Positions 36,717 to 48,625 of a stretch of 64,000 nt of DNA are shown in pieces. Origin of the DNA: Elsinoe ampelina. Taxonomy: Eukaryota. Below the pieces are notes generated by a model. The model saw only the letters and a list, made by a program, of their open reading frames with translations. It did not search any database and was not told where the DNA came from. The translations under genes and the position numbers were made by a program. Each line of letters begins with the position of its first letter. The stretch's first letter is position 1. The stretch is taken from positions 62,001 to 126,000 of the forward strand of contig ML992505.1 in assembly GCA_010093995.1 (NCBI GenBank), in the 5' to 3' direction.

Positions 36717-38852
36717 ATGTTGACCAGAAGTTCACGACTGGTGGCGATTCCCTGTGTGCGAGTGGCAGGCCGAAGATGGAAGTCGACTACCCCTTCGTCC
36801 GTACCGATCACTCCACTGCAGTCTATATTGATCGCCAACCGTGGTGAGATTGCTTTGAGGGTCGGGCGAACAGCAGCAGCATCCGGTATCAAGACCACCG
36901 TGCTGTACACGGATCCTGATGCTCAAGCACAGCATGCATTAAGCTCCCCCTATGCGATCAACCTGGGAGACGCGAGCAGGTACTTGGATGGCGACTATAT
37001 CATCGAAGTTGCAAAGAAGCACGGTTGTCAAGGTATTCATCCTGGTTATGGATTCCTTAGCGAGAATGCTGGATTCGCAAAAAAATGCACTGAGGCCGGA
37101 CTGAACTTCATCGGCCCTCCGTGGCAAGCTGTGGATGCTATGGGCGACAAGAGCAGATCAAAGGAGATTATGACTGCTGCCGGAGTACCTTGTATCCCTG
37201 GTTACCATGGATCAAATCAGGATCCGGCATTCCTGGCTGAAGAAGCAGAGAAGATTGGCTATCCGGTCCTCCTCAAAGCTGTCAAAGGTGGCGGCGGCAA
37301 GGGTATGAGAATAGCCTTGACACCCGATGAATTTTCCGGACAGCTCGAATCCGCCAAATCGGAAGCAAGATCATCTTTTGGTGATGATATTATGCTTGTA
37401 GAAAAGTACATTACAACTCCTCGCCACATTGAAGTACAAGTATTCGCGGACAAGCACGGGAACGCAGTAGCTCTTGGTGAGCGAGACTGCAGTATCCAAC
37501 GACGCCATCAAAAGATTCTGGAAGAATCGCCGGCACCAAATTTGCCCGAAGAGATCCGACAAGATCTGTGGGCCAAAGCACGAGACGCTGCATTGGCAGT
37601 CAACTATGAGGGTGCGGGTACTGTAGAATTCATTTTCGACAACGATTCTGGTCAGTTCTTCTTCATGGAGATGAACACACGATTACAGGTCGAGCATCCC
37701 GTCACCGAAATGGTGACTGGACAAGATCTCGTCAGCTGGCAAATACGAATAGCCGAGGGAGCTAAGATATCAATGACACAGGAGGAGATCCACGAGGAGA
37801 TCAAGAAGCGAGGTCACGCCATAGAAGCTCGCATCTACGCCGAAAACCCCGATATGAACTTTGTGCCCGACTCTGGTACACTACTTCACCTGCAGACGCC
37901 CACTCCAACAGAGACTGTCAGAATCGACGCTGGTTTCGCCGCTGGAGACCAGGTGTCTTCCTACTACGATCCCATGATCGCGAAGCTCATCGTACAAGGC
38001 CCCGATAGAGAGACGGCACTTCAGAAGATGACTGCTGCTCTCGAGCAATACCAGATTGCCGGACCTCAGTCGAACATTGAGTTCCTCAAGCGGATGTGCG
38101 TTAGTCCCGGATTCGTTGCAGGAGAAGTCGAGACAGGTTACATTGGCAAGAACAGCGAAGAGCTCTTCAGAAGGGTACCGATTGAATCAGAGCTTTGGGC
38201 ACAAGCAGCCATCGGACTATTCCTGGCCGAACAACCTGGCCAGAACCTTGATTCGCACACCACTGCCACCGTAAGTCCGTCTATTGGCTTTGGCGCTGGT
38301 CTACCCTACCGGAAGTTCAATCTCGTGGAACTACCGGCAGACGGTAAGAGCAACGCTGCCAAGGTTTCTGTCAAGGTCCAGCAGATCGCGCCTGGGGTCC
38401 TGTCCGTAACTACCGACGGCAAGGATCCAATCACCATCACGAGCAAGTACGATACCAAGGAAAGGATTGTGCAATCCTTCTTCCCGCACACGAGATTAGA
38501 GACACGTTTCATCAGAGACCCTGAGACCAACAGTCTGATTCTATTCCAACAGGGCAGGCAGTACAGAGTCCAGCTTGAGGTGCCAAAGTGGGCCGAGAAG
38601 GTATTAGGCATGAAGGACGTGAAGAACAGCGTATTGGCGCCAATGCCTTGCAAAGTTCTACGAGTGGAGGTCTCGGAAGGAGCCGAGGTGAAGAAGAATC
38701 AGCCATTGGTAGTGATTGAGAGTATGAAGATGGAGACGGTTATACGAGCACCACAGGATGGCAAGATCGCAAAGGTGGTGCACAAGGCGGGCGACCTCTG
38801 TAAGGCAGGGACTGCTCTGGTCGAATTTGAAGAAGTGGAAGAATCGTCGTGA
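36717..38852 (+). CDS. mccA: 3-methylcrotonyl-CoA carboxylase alpha (biotin-containing) subunit, mitochondrial
   Basis: Presequence, ILIANRGEIA, HPGYGFLSEN, GGGGKGMR, ERDCSIQRRHQK, EMNTRLQVEH and the ESMKM biotinylation site. The paralogue assignment among biotin carboxylases is by overall architecture. Confidence 0.85.
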   Translation: MLTRSSRLVAIPCVRVAGRRWKSTTPSSVPITPLQSILIANRGEIALRVGRTAAASGIKTTVLYTDPDAQAQHALSSPYAINLGDASRYLDGDYIIEVAKKHGCQGIHPGYGFLSENAGFAKKCTEAGLNFIGPPWQAVDAMGDKSRSKEIMTAAGVPCIPGYHGSNQDPAFLAEEAEKIGYPVLLKAVKGGGGKGMRIALTPDEFSGQLESAKSEARSSFGDDIMLVEKYITTPRHIEVQVFADKHGNAVALGERDCSIQRRHQKILEESPAPNLPEEIRQDLWAKARDAALAVNYEGAGTVEFIFDNDSGQFFFMEMNTRLQVEHPVTEMVTGQDLVSWQIRIAEGAKISMTQEEIHEEIKKRGHAIEARIYAENPDMNFVPDSGTLLHLQTPTPTETVRIDAGFAAGDQVSSYYDPMIAKLIVQGPDRETALQKMTAALEQYQIAGPQSNIEFLKRMCVSPGFVAGEVETGYIGKNSEELFRRVPIESELWAQAAIGLFLAEQPGQNLDSHTTATVSPSIGFGAGLPYRKFNLVELPADGKSNAAKVSVKVQQIAPGVLSVTTDGKDPITITSKYDTKERIVQSFFPHTRLETRFIRDPETNSLILFQQGRQYRVQLEVPKWAEKVLGMKDVKNSVLAPMPCKVLRVEVSEGAEVKKNQPLVVIESMKMETVIRAPQDGKIAKVVHKAGDLCKAGTALVEFEEVEESS

Positions 38853-39136
38853 GGTTACTTGCAAATACCAAATATGAATGTGTCAAATTACCACCCAGAG
38901 TGAATGACAGGGGAAGTGCTTCTAATGGCCAAATCAGATCATCAATAGATTACTAGTGAAGGAAAAGAACTGAACACCCGTCTCCTGTGTCAGACTCGCA
39001 TGATCGTTAGAGATTGGGAGGTACTACCAGGCCTGCTGACTTAATCACGTCCGAAGTTATGAACTACCAGAAAAACTTGCACCATCGTGCTAGGATATTA
39101 ATCCGTGTTTGTAAGCATCTCATGCAGTTCGCAATG

Positions 39137-42100
39137 GACGGTGGGATATTGTGACACTTGTCGCAAAACCTTTGGCCGCCTAACCCCTTTTTGGCGTTAC
39201 AACACCGCATTAGGATAACTTCATGAACAATCATTATATAGTATTAAAAATAATATCAATTGTCTTCTCTCCTTACGCTGATTATAATGATATTAATTTT
39301 GGATCAATTGTATAAGGTAGTAGTTATAATGTTATTATTATACTAACTACTCTAGAGAGGTAACTAGGTAGATATAAGAGCTATACTAAACTATCGAGTC
39401 TAAGCTCTAACACTAGTAGTAGCCTTAGATACTACTAACTAGCGTTAAATTACGACGATAAGCTTACTCCTAGCTTACTAATTAATTATATAATTAATAT
39501 TAAGATATTAGGGAAAGGTCTCTATACTACCTCTATAAGGTAGACTTATTAAACCGCTAAGTAGTAGTAAGCTACTAATGCTATAGTAAGGACTACCGCT
39601 TTAGCTAGAGAAGAGCTCTAAAAATAACTCGTATAAGTAGTATCTAACTATCCCTAGAGTTATAATTTAGTTATAATTCTACTACGATTTAGAGGCTTAC
39701 TATTTTTGTAGCTTCGATAACTAATAGCGCTACCCTAAGACTAGTAACGAGTAAGACTTCTAGTACGTCTTAGATAATAAGTAGCGTACTCTTCGCCTTA
39801 TACTAGAGGCTACTAGAAGTAATAGTAAGGTAAAGAAGATAGCCTTAACTAGTATCTACTACATAGTATACGCTAGTAAGATTATAGAGATAGAGAAGAG
39901 AGAGCTAGCTCTAAATCCGTACCGATAGTATAGTTATAAGGCTAAGAATAATTAAGATATAGCGGCGTATTAAGTCTAGAAGGAGAAGAGTAAGAGTAAG
40001 TTATATAGGTACTACGTAAGGGAGAGTAAGGATTATTATATAGCGCTAGCTAGCGAATCGTCTAGAGAATTATAGAGCAAATCGTAAGAAACTATAGGTC
40101 TAAAGAAACGTATTATAGACTTAGAGCTAGCGTTAGTAAAGGCTCTAAGTAAGCTAGAGGACTAGAGGGCTAGAATTACGAGGCTTAAAGCCCTTATAGA
40201 GCTAGAGAAGAAGGAGGGGGAGAGGGGGGAGAGAATAGAGAGAGTTAAGAAGATAGAGAGGTTACTAGTACTACTAGAGAATAAAGCTAAGGAATTATAA
40301 TTATAAACTAGAATAATTAGCGTAGCGTTCGGTTATATTATAATACCTAAGGAGTAAATTAAGGCCTTTCTTACTATCTATCTACCTTTTATTATATCTT
40401 CTCTATTAGCTTAGTCCTCTACCTACTTCTCCTAATACTTACTACTTATAGATTATTTAGTATACTACCCTAGAAGTCTCCTAGCTATATAATATTTATA
40501 TCTAGTAATTGTTCTTAATAAGAGTAATCGATCTAGCTATAATATACCTACTTTCGTTACGTAGTAGTAGTAGTAGTAGTAGATATAGCTCTTAGAGGCT
40601 TCTCTAAGAGTAGGTTAGTCTCTATAGAGTTAAAGACGTAGAAGTAGTTAGATAGTATTAGAGTTAGAAGAGTACTCTAACTCCTAGATTTAGTTACTAT
40701 AGTTAGTTCTATCTATTAAAAGTCGCTAGTACTTAAATCTATAATAGTAAAAGAGGTCGGCGGTTAGTTTAAATTAACTATCTATAATAGCTAACTCTAC
40801 TCGTCCTTAATATTAACTTCTTAACTTAGCTTAGTTATCTTAGCTAGTAGTGCTAGCGTAAAGGCTAGAGAAGCGTTAGCGTTATAGTTAATAAACTTCG
40901 TCTCGAACTAAGTAAGTCTACTAAACGATAGTTTATATTACAATTTATACTACGATTTAAGCTATAATTCTTAGAGTAATTCTCGCTTTACGATTTTCTA
41001 AAGCCTTACTTTAATTATAGAGCGTAAGTAAGCGTAGATTAACGTAGTAATCTCTACTAAAGAGTAACTAGTAGGTCGCTTAAACGCGTAGCGAGATAGC
41101 TCGCTAGATAGATATTAAGCTAAGGTAGGGGTATAGTCGAGAGCTAGGCTAAGATCTAGGTTAGAATCTAGGTCGGAATCTAGTTTATTATCTAGTTTAC
41201 GATCTAGATCGCGAGCTAGATACCTTAAAGAACCTCTAGATAGATAAGAAGCTATCTAGTTCGCGTGCCGAGATAGAGTATAAGATAATACGCAAGATAA
41301 TACGTAAGATAGGGCATAAGATAGAGTATAAGTTAGTATATAAGATAAACCCCTAGATTACGATTTAGAGGCGATTAAGCTACGATTCGTAGATAGCGCC
41401 CTTATACGCCTTTAGAAGATAGGTACCTCCTCTACTAGCTACTCTATAACCTTACTACTCCGATACTTATATATAAGCTTAATATTACGCTTCCTACTAC
41501 TACTACTACTAGTAGTTCTAAAGGCCTCTAGGAGATCCTCGAGGTACTCCCTCTCTAAGGTATTTCGTACTAGCTAGATAGGCTTATTAAAATAGTTAAA
41601 CTTATTAACGAGGTAGTAGTCTACGTAGCTCTCGAATATACTTTAGCTATACTACTAAGGATTAAAATAGACTTCCTTCTCGGAGTAATAGGCTAATAAG
41701 TCTCGTAACTAGTAGCGATAGTTTAAATTACCAACTAGAATCGTAGGGAGTATAGTATCTAACTATAGCGTATTATTATAAGTATCGAGAAGAGCCTTCT
41801 TATAGACTAATTTACCGTCTAAGGTCTTTCTATGTATTACCTTCTATATCTTAATAGCTATACGCGTTAACTACTTTACCTTCTTTACTAGTTAAGCTAT
41901 AGGCCTCGTAGCCTTCGATTTTAAGGCTACTATATAGGTAGTAGGTAGTAGCTTTATTACTCTATTACAATAAAGGTTAGTAGTAGTAATAATATAGCTA
42001 ATAGACTAATTCGAGCCCTAAGATAACGAGGCTTATAAGGCTAACGATAAGAGAACTGTAGGTAGAGGTATAACTAGAGAAGAGCAAGTAGAATTACTAC

Positions 42101-44328
42101 GACTTATAGTACTAACTCGCTAATAGACAACCGATATCTAACGCGTCGACGAGGTTAGCGCGGCTATTAATTCTCGCTAGAAAGGCTGTTTACTACTACG
42201 ATAGAAAGGATTAATTACGTCGTAGAACCTATACTTTATATAATTCTTAATTATATTATTATAGGAGAAGGCTATTAGCGTAACTAGGTAAGGAGCTACC
42301 TAAAGGTTAGTAATTAAAGCTATAATAAATAGAAAGGCAAAAGAGGTAGAATAGAAACATAAAACAAATAAGGGGACGCCTTTTTATATTAGTAATTACT
42401 AGTATAGGTACGCCGAGTCGTTAGTACGATTTACTTAGCGATTCTAGTAGCCTTCTCCTCCTAAACCTTTAAAAATTACTCTAATAGCGTAAACGAGCCT
42501 TATTAACTACGATCGAGTATATATAGATAGTCTAATTTATATAGAATAGGCTTAATGCCTATTATAAAATAAAATTAAACTTCGTTATAGAGATACTAGT
42601 AAGTAGTAATATATACTTTATTACTATTATTATAAATAGTTACACTGTTAAAATTAGTAAATCTACTAGCCTTAAGTACGCTTAAACACTACTAAAGAGT
42701 AGAAGTAGGTAGGCATTTATTAATGTCTAGTAAGTAGTAAGTATATAATTTATTAGCGATTCTATATATAAGTTACTTACTAAAATTTTCTATAACTTTC
42801 TAGTGTCCTTTAATTAACTTAATCGGCACTAGAATACTACTATATATCTCTCCTTAATACTCTAGATAATCGTAATTAAGCTCTAGTATCTCTAGTATTA
42901 TCTATAGCCTTCTCCTTAACTAATTATAGATACTCTAGTAGTTATAAGTCTAAGTAAATATTACTACCTCTTACTATATAATTAGTATATATACTATAAG
43001 GAAGGTAATCTAATCTAACTTAGAGGAGGTAATAAAGCCTTAATTAGCTACTAAGTCGATAAAGTAAGCTCTCTAAGGATCTAGCTATTATACCTACTAG
43101 CTCTAGTATACCTTAATCTACTAGTTTAAGCGTAATGTTCTATACCTAAAGTAGTCTTTAAAGCTTAAGGGCCCTCTAGACTTATCTACTATAGACTTAA
43201 TCTCTTGTCGAAGGTCGTAATAGAGGTTAGTAACTTAGATAGTCTCGGCGCTATAGTCTATAACGAGCCTTATTAGTATAACGCCTCTAGTAGTAATAGT
43301 AGCGAGATACTAAGTAGCGACTAAGCGCTAAGTCTATCTAGATATACTATAATAGATCTAGATAAACTATCGTAACTAAGCGTTAATTACACTATATATC
43401 TAAATCCCCTAATACTCGAACTTATAGTAAGTATCTAGATACTATATAAAATTAAGCTCTAAAGGATACTAAATTACTTAATCGACTCGTACGTAGTAGC
43501 AATAGTACTTAAAATTCTCTAGATAGAGGAATCTAGTAATTTCTACTATACGGCAACTATATAAGGCTTTAGCGATTCCTTTAGCGATTTACCCCCTTCG
43601 AATCGTACTTATATTCTAACGATATTATACCTTACTTATATATATATATATATATTATCTCTCGACTATAAGTCTTAATACTACCTTACTCGTACTTATA
43701 CTATAGTACCTCTAGTATTGTAGCGTCCCTATGCTCTTTATCGCCGTCGCTACGGCCTATCTACTTATATAGGCCTATATCGTAGTAAATTTACTAGAGT
43801 ACTCTTAGGTTAAGTTTATAGCTATTGTCTTAAAGGTAGCTAAGTATATAAGAGTCGTCGATGTAGTAATTGTAGAAGTACCTCTATATATCGTCGCGGA
43901 GCGCTAGGGTGTCCTTAGCCTTTAGGAAGGCTAATATTCTCTAATCCTTTATCTATTGTATAAGGGTACCTCTACTAATACTAATACTATACTCTTCTTA
44001 AAGCTTCTTAACTACCTCGTCCCTAGTAAACTACTCTAAAGATATCTACTCCGTAATAGTTAGCTACTAGTTGTCGAGGTTAATTACTAGTCGAGGTATT
44101 GTTTATATAGGCTAAGAAAAGTTTTAGAGCGTAATTATATAACTAACAATGTAAAACTTATAATGAAAATTATATCAAACAATAGAGAATTCTGTTCTTA
44201 GTAACCTATAATTAATGCGATGTAATAATAATCGATATTAGTGAAGTTGTCCGTTTTAGTAATGTAATCCATCCTAATGCGGAGTGCGCCGAAGAGTTTT
44301 GCGACAAGTGTCACAATATCCACCCATA
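39137..44328. mobile_element. RIP-inactivated DNA transposon-like element (~5.2 kb) with terminal inverted repeats
   Basis: Perfect 26-bp TIR GGATATTGTGACACTTGTCGCAAAAC at 39144-39169 and 44296-44321; CAATG direct repeat at 39132-39136 and 44329-44333; AT-rich interior with a strong TpA excess and CpA/TpG depletion; no ORFs in the track. Confidence 0.88.
41141..41354. repeat. Two 12-bp-period tandem arrays inside the RIP element
   Basis: Seven units with a CTAG core at 41141-41224 and seven AGATA-type units at 41271-41354. Confidence 0.75.
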
Positions 44329-44479
44329 CAATGTGCCCCTCTTGTGGAGACCTCGATGTTGATTGACAGTGACATCACTGCAGGGCGGATTCTGTCCGCC
44401 CCTGACGTCCATTGCAGCTAAGCTCAGCTAAGTATCGGTACGCCCAAAGTGCCATTCTCTTTTGTCTTCTGTTCTGTCA

Positions 44480-45463
44480 ATGTTTCGTACTCCCATCTTA
44501 AGACTGCAACAGACAGCACGTCAATTCTCGAGAATACTACCAGATACGCTCATCAAAGACATGTCTCGCCCCACCGGATTGATCGCCAACAAGGGCCTTG
44601 AGCTCCTCACATTTGGTACTCCTAATGGTGTCAAGGCCTCGATCATGCTTGAGGAGCTCAAAGAGGCTTATGGGAAGGACTACGTGTTCCAGAGTATCAA
44701 CATTATGGAAAATATCCAGAAGGAGCCCTGGTTCACCAAGCTCGGGCCAAACGGTCGTATTCCTGTACTTGTCGACCATGACAAGGGCGGCATTGGGATC
44801 ATGGAGGGCGGAGGTATGCTTTAGGATGTGAGATACACATGCTCGTCGTCGCTGATCGCAGTTTAGCCATCCTCTCGTATCTGACCCGAAACTACGACCC
44901 TGACCACAAATTCGCCTATACCGAAGACCCACAGCTGTCCTACCAAGAGCAATGGGTGTACTGGCTCCAATCAGGATTAGCTCCGATGCAAGCTGAGTAT
45001 CATCGTCGTCGTTATTGTGTAATCTTTGCTGATAGCCGATCCAGGCCAGGCGAATCACTTCTACCGGCTCGCCAAGGAACGCATCCCATACCCCACTCAG
45101 CGATACGTGGGCGAGACTGAGCGTCTGTACGGTGTGCTGGACAAGCAGCTGGAGGGTAAGCAATATGTACTGGGCGACAAGTACACCATTGCAGACATTG
45201 CCAACTTCAGCTGGGTGAATATCTCATACTTTAGCGGGGTCGACCTTACCCAGTTCCCCAACTTGCACAAATGGTGGGAGAGGATCAATGCGAGACCAGC
45301 GGTGAAGCGCGGCGTGGCGATTCCGAGCGAGAGCAAGCTAGTCAATACTGCCTATCAAGAGAGGCTGAAGACGGAGCCAGAGTTCAAGGAGCAGGAGGAT
45401 AAGTTGAAGGACCTCGGCAACAAGGCCAAGGAACAGTACAACTACAAGTACTCAAGTCCTTAA
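44480..45463 (+). CDS. Glutathione S-transferase (Ure2/YfcG-like), with a possible mitochondrial presequence; exons 44480-44813, 44867-44992 and 45045-45463; alternative ATG at 44561
   Basis: TPNG, LEEL, PNGRIPVLVD, GLAPMQGQANHF, ETERLYGVLD, YTIADIA and RPAVKRG; intron 2 is non-canonical. Confidence 0.9.
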
Positions 45464-47116
45464 GTGGACAATGCAGAGACTGGACACCCAGGCGCTGGAG
45501 AAGGGACGAGAAGCAACCTGCATGGGTACTGTAACCTACATCGAAACAGAACAGCGCCACAAAATTGAAGCTGAAATGCAAAATGGTATAGTCGCATGAA
45601 CAAGTGTTCACCGTAAAGGTCCAGGCCTGGCTGGCGTCATGCTCAAGCAAATTACATGCCAGATCCTCTCGGGTATCTAGACTCGACTCGCTGTCATTGA
45701 CGCTCGCTTCCTCCCGACGTAACCCTGCAGGAATGGCGAGGCTTAGACTCGACCACTCACCTTTCGACTCACCATGATTAGGCCCGTTCTGGGATGCCCC
45801 AGACCTTGATAGCGTCAGTGTGATTGCCTGCTGCATGCAGCACCGGGGTGAAGCTCCGAGTGAGAGGAGGTGACACAAGAGGCATGCAGAAACGTGAAAC
45901 GAGATTGCCTCCTGACACAGCGTCAAGCTTCAACTAGCGATCCGTGCCTCAAATGGTGCCCTCAGCGCCATCAGCGGTTGGATGGTCACCGCCTTTTCGC
46001 CATGAGGCCCAACAAATTGAACGCGGATCGACTGAGATATAGATATCTGAGGACTGAAGTGAGAAGGAAAAGACAAATGCTCGTACGCAATAATCACGCT
46101 CGCCACTGTCAAGTCACAGAATACTATGTGCAGAATCGACTTTGAACGTGACACTTGCAATATTGATCACACTCGTCCCAAATTGTCCCGGGCGAGGTTT
46201 AAGCTCTGTGCGAGAGGGGCGGGCTCAGCCGCTTCCCGGAGCAGATTCGAGCTCGGGCCCTTGTCGGTTCCCAGCCCGGACCACTCTTTTCCATCACGCG
46301 GACCCTCCAACGTCCACCGCCTGACCACCACCATGCCCACCGGCCAGACGTTCAAGCCTCTTCTCTATCTCCCTCCATGCAGGCACACCCAATTCAGAGC
46401 ATGCCATTGGACCTGCCTCGACAAGGACCCGCTGCAAGATGGCTTGCTTCGGGATCCAAAGCAAGATCCTATCCGTGTCCAAACACTACCATCTCAGTCC
46501 AGTCCCCGCAATTATCGCTGGTACACCCAGAATACTTACGAATAGGTGTACGAATATGTCCCGATTTGCATCAGCCTCAGCTCGACAGATGACTGTAGAT
46601 ATCAAGGACGCGGCCGTTATGTTTCAAGTATGACTGGGATGCCAGGCAGCGTAAACCACCGTTTCTGCCTGTCACGCACAGCCATCCATCACATGCGAAT
46701 GTTGCAAGGTCTGCCTCCCGCCGGCCTTTCCAAGCCATAAAAACGGCCAAATGCTGCATGATAGTCCAAGCGGTGAGCCATCTGGATTTTTTGCTTTAAC
46801 TCTCGTTTCGTACCGCAACGCATGTCTCTTTTGATTCTTCCTTCCAATCGCTGCATCGAAGAGCCGCCTTACTCGCGGTCCCCATAAAGTCAACCTACTT
46901 GTCCGCTTTTCCACAAAGATCGACATCCGTCCGTGGATCGGCCGCGACCCGGCCATATCTTGTTCCCCAGTACCAACATCCCCTGACGCCAACCCCCACC
47001 GCTACATCCCACCCGGGCATATAGCGGCCGTCATCCCCCGACTCCATCACCTCATCAAACCTCGAGTGTATTCTCTTCTCCATCAACCTTTCTTTTTTCT
47101 TAGGGACAGTAATCAG

Positions 47117-48031
47117 ATGCTGGCCTCCAAAGCACATTCTCGTCATCCCACCTGGCCACCCACCGTTCATCTCTTGCCGGATAGCTTCTTAGCAAAGGAG
47201 TCCACGCCGCGGTCGTTCCTCACCGCCGCCAACAAGCACAGCTACACCGCCACCCTCCCCGAGATCACCGAGGACGAGGACCCATTCGCACACTTCCTGT
47301 CCCCAGTACTGGAAGACGAATCCACCCTCACGCCACTGTCCGATCTCGAGGACGAACCATCCTACACCGCCGGCATCACTCCCTACACCTCCACCTCCAA
47401 CGCCACCAAGGACGCCCTCTTCCGTGCCCGTCTTGAGGAAAAGTGGGAGACATTCGTCGCCCGTCGCCTCCTTCAACACAAGCCCTCCCCATCCTCCACC
47501 TCCTCCACCATCCCCGCCCCCGTCCCCTCTCCCTTCCCCCAACAACCCCTCCACCCCGCCACACCTCCCAACGAAGACGCTCTCCCCGACCTCATGGACG
47601 AAGCCATGGACAACGACCTCCCTTCCCCCTCCAGCATCGGCCCCTCCTCCCCAGACAGCATGAACTGGTACTTCCCCTCGACCATCGACGCCCTCTCGTC
47701 CGACGACGACATGTCCGACGCCGAGGAGATGGATGTCGACGAAGACTCAGACCTCGACGGGTGGGCCGCCGACCGTCGTCTCCTGGCCATGCAGCGCCGC
47801 GTGCACTTCTCCCCTGAAATGAAAGGGCGGCGAAAGTTCCGCACCACGGCGCGGAATGCTTCGGGGAAGAAACACGCTTGGAGGGAGCCGAGTCCGGATC
47901 TGTGGACTGTGGAGGAGGAGGACGGGGAGGAGGTGGAGGAGGGGGCGAGAGGGAGGAAGGGGAGGGGGAGGAAGAGGGTGAAGACTGTGCATTGGAATGA
48001 AGAGGTGCTTGTGCTGGAGTACGAGCGGTGA
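47117..48031 (+). CDS. Low-complexity, probably disordered hypothetical protein
   Basis: Long ORF with strong codon bias; TWPP, EDPFAHFLSP and WREPSPDLWTVEEE segments. Confidence 0.7.
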   Translation: MLASKAHSRHPTWPPTVHLLPDSFLAKESTPRSFLTAANKHSYTATLPEITEDEDPFAHFLSPVLEDESTLTPLSDLEDEPSYTAGITPYTSTSNATKDALFRARLEEKWETFVARRLLQHKPSPSSTSSTIPAPVPSPFPQQPLHPATPPNEDALPDLMDEAMDNDLPSPSSIGPSSPDSMNWYFPSTIDALSSDDDMSDAEEMDVDEDSDLDGWAADRRLLAMQRRVHFSPEMKGRRKFRTTARNASGKKHAWREPSPDLWTVEEEDGEEVEEGARGRKGRGRKRVKTVHWNEEVLVLEYER

Positions 48032-48625
48032 TGTGATGGCAAAAGGCAAGGGGGGATGGTGGTGGGATGACGATGAGAGACGGCATTTGTATTACTGACA
48101 CAGCGCGGGGCGTTGGGTATACCTGGTTTCGGGAATTTATGAGGAGCTCTTTCGGGCTGGATGATTGATGGTGTTATGGTTATGGCGTATGGGGTACGAA
48201 ATTCTGCATGGACTTAAAGGACTGAGGGAGCATGTATGTATTGACCGTTTTGGCGGAAGAGGAGGAAGGCGATAGGCAGGCGCCTGGAGTATATTGGCCG
48301 ACAGCTGCACAAAGCGTTGAAGATACCAGTTTAATGGGAATACAAAGAAAGTCTGATTCTACTCAATTGCGGTCGTTGTGATCTTGAGAGTGATTTCTAC
48401 CTGGATCAAGAACATTTACAAGAGCATTGGATCCCCCTGCTATGTGCTAGGCCCTTCCTTGGTGATCTGGAATGCCATCATGTGATACAATGCCCGTGTG
48501 AACTGGGTTATCCCGCCTCCAGATCTGAATGGTACTCTCATCATCCATAGGAAGCAATGAACGGACAATTAATATCTTTTAGTTGGTATACAATAACCCT
48601 GCCTTTCGTGGTATGGTCCATGCGG

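Noticed and set aside
40561..43654. (GTA)7 at 40561 and a (TA)n run near 43640
   Set aside because: Ordinary microsatellites, expected in RIP-mutated DNA.
39400..44100. Assignment of the RIP element to a named transposon superfamily
   Set aside because: No DDE, helicase or reverse transcriptase motif could be read reliably by eye.
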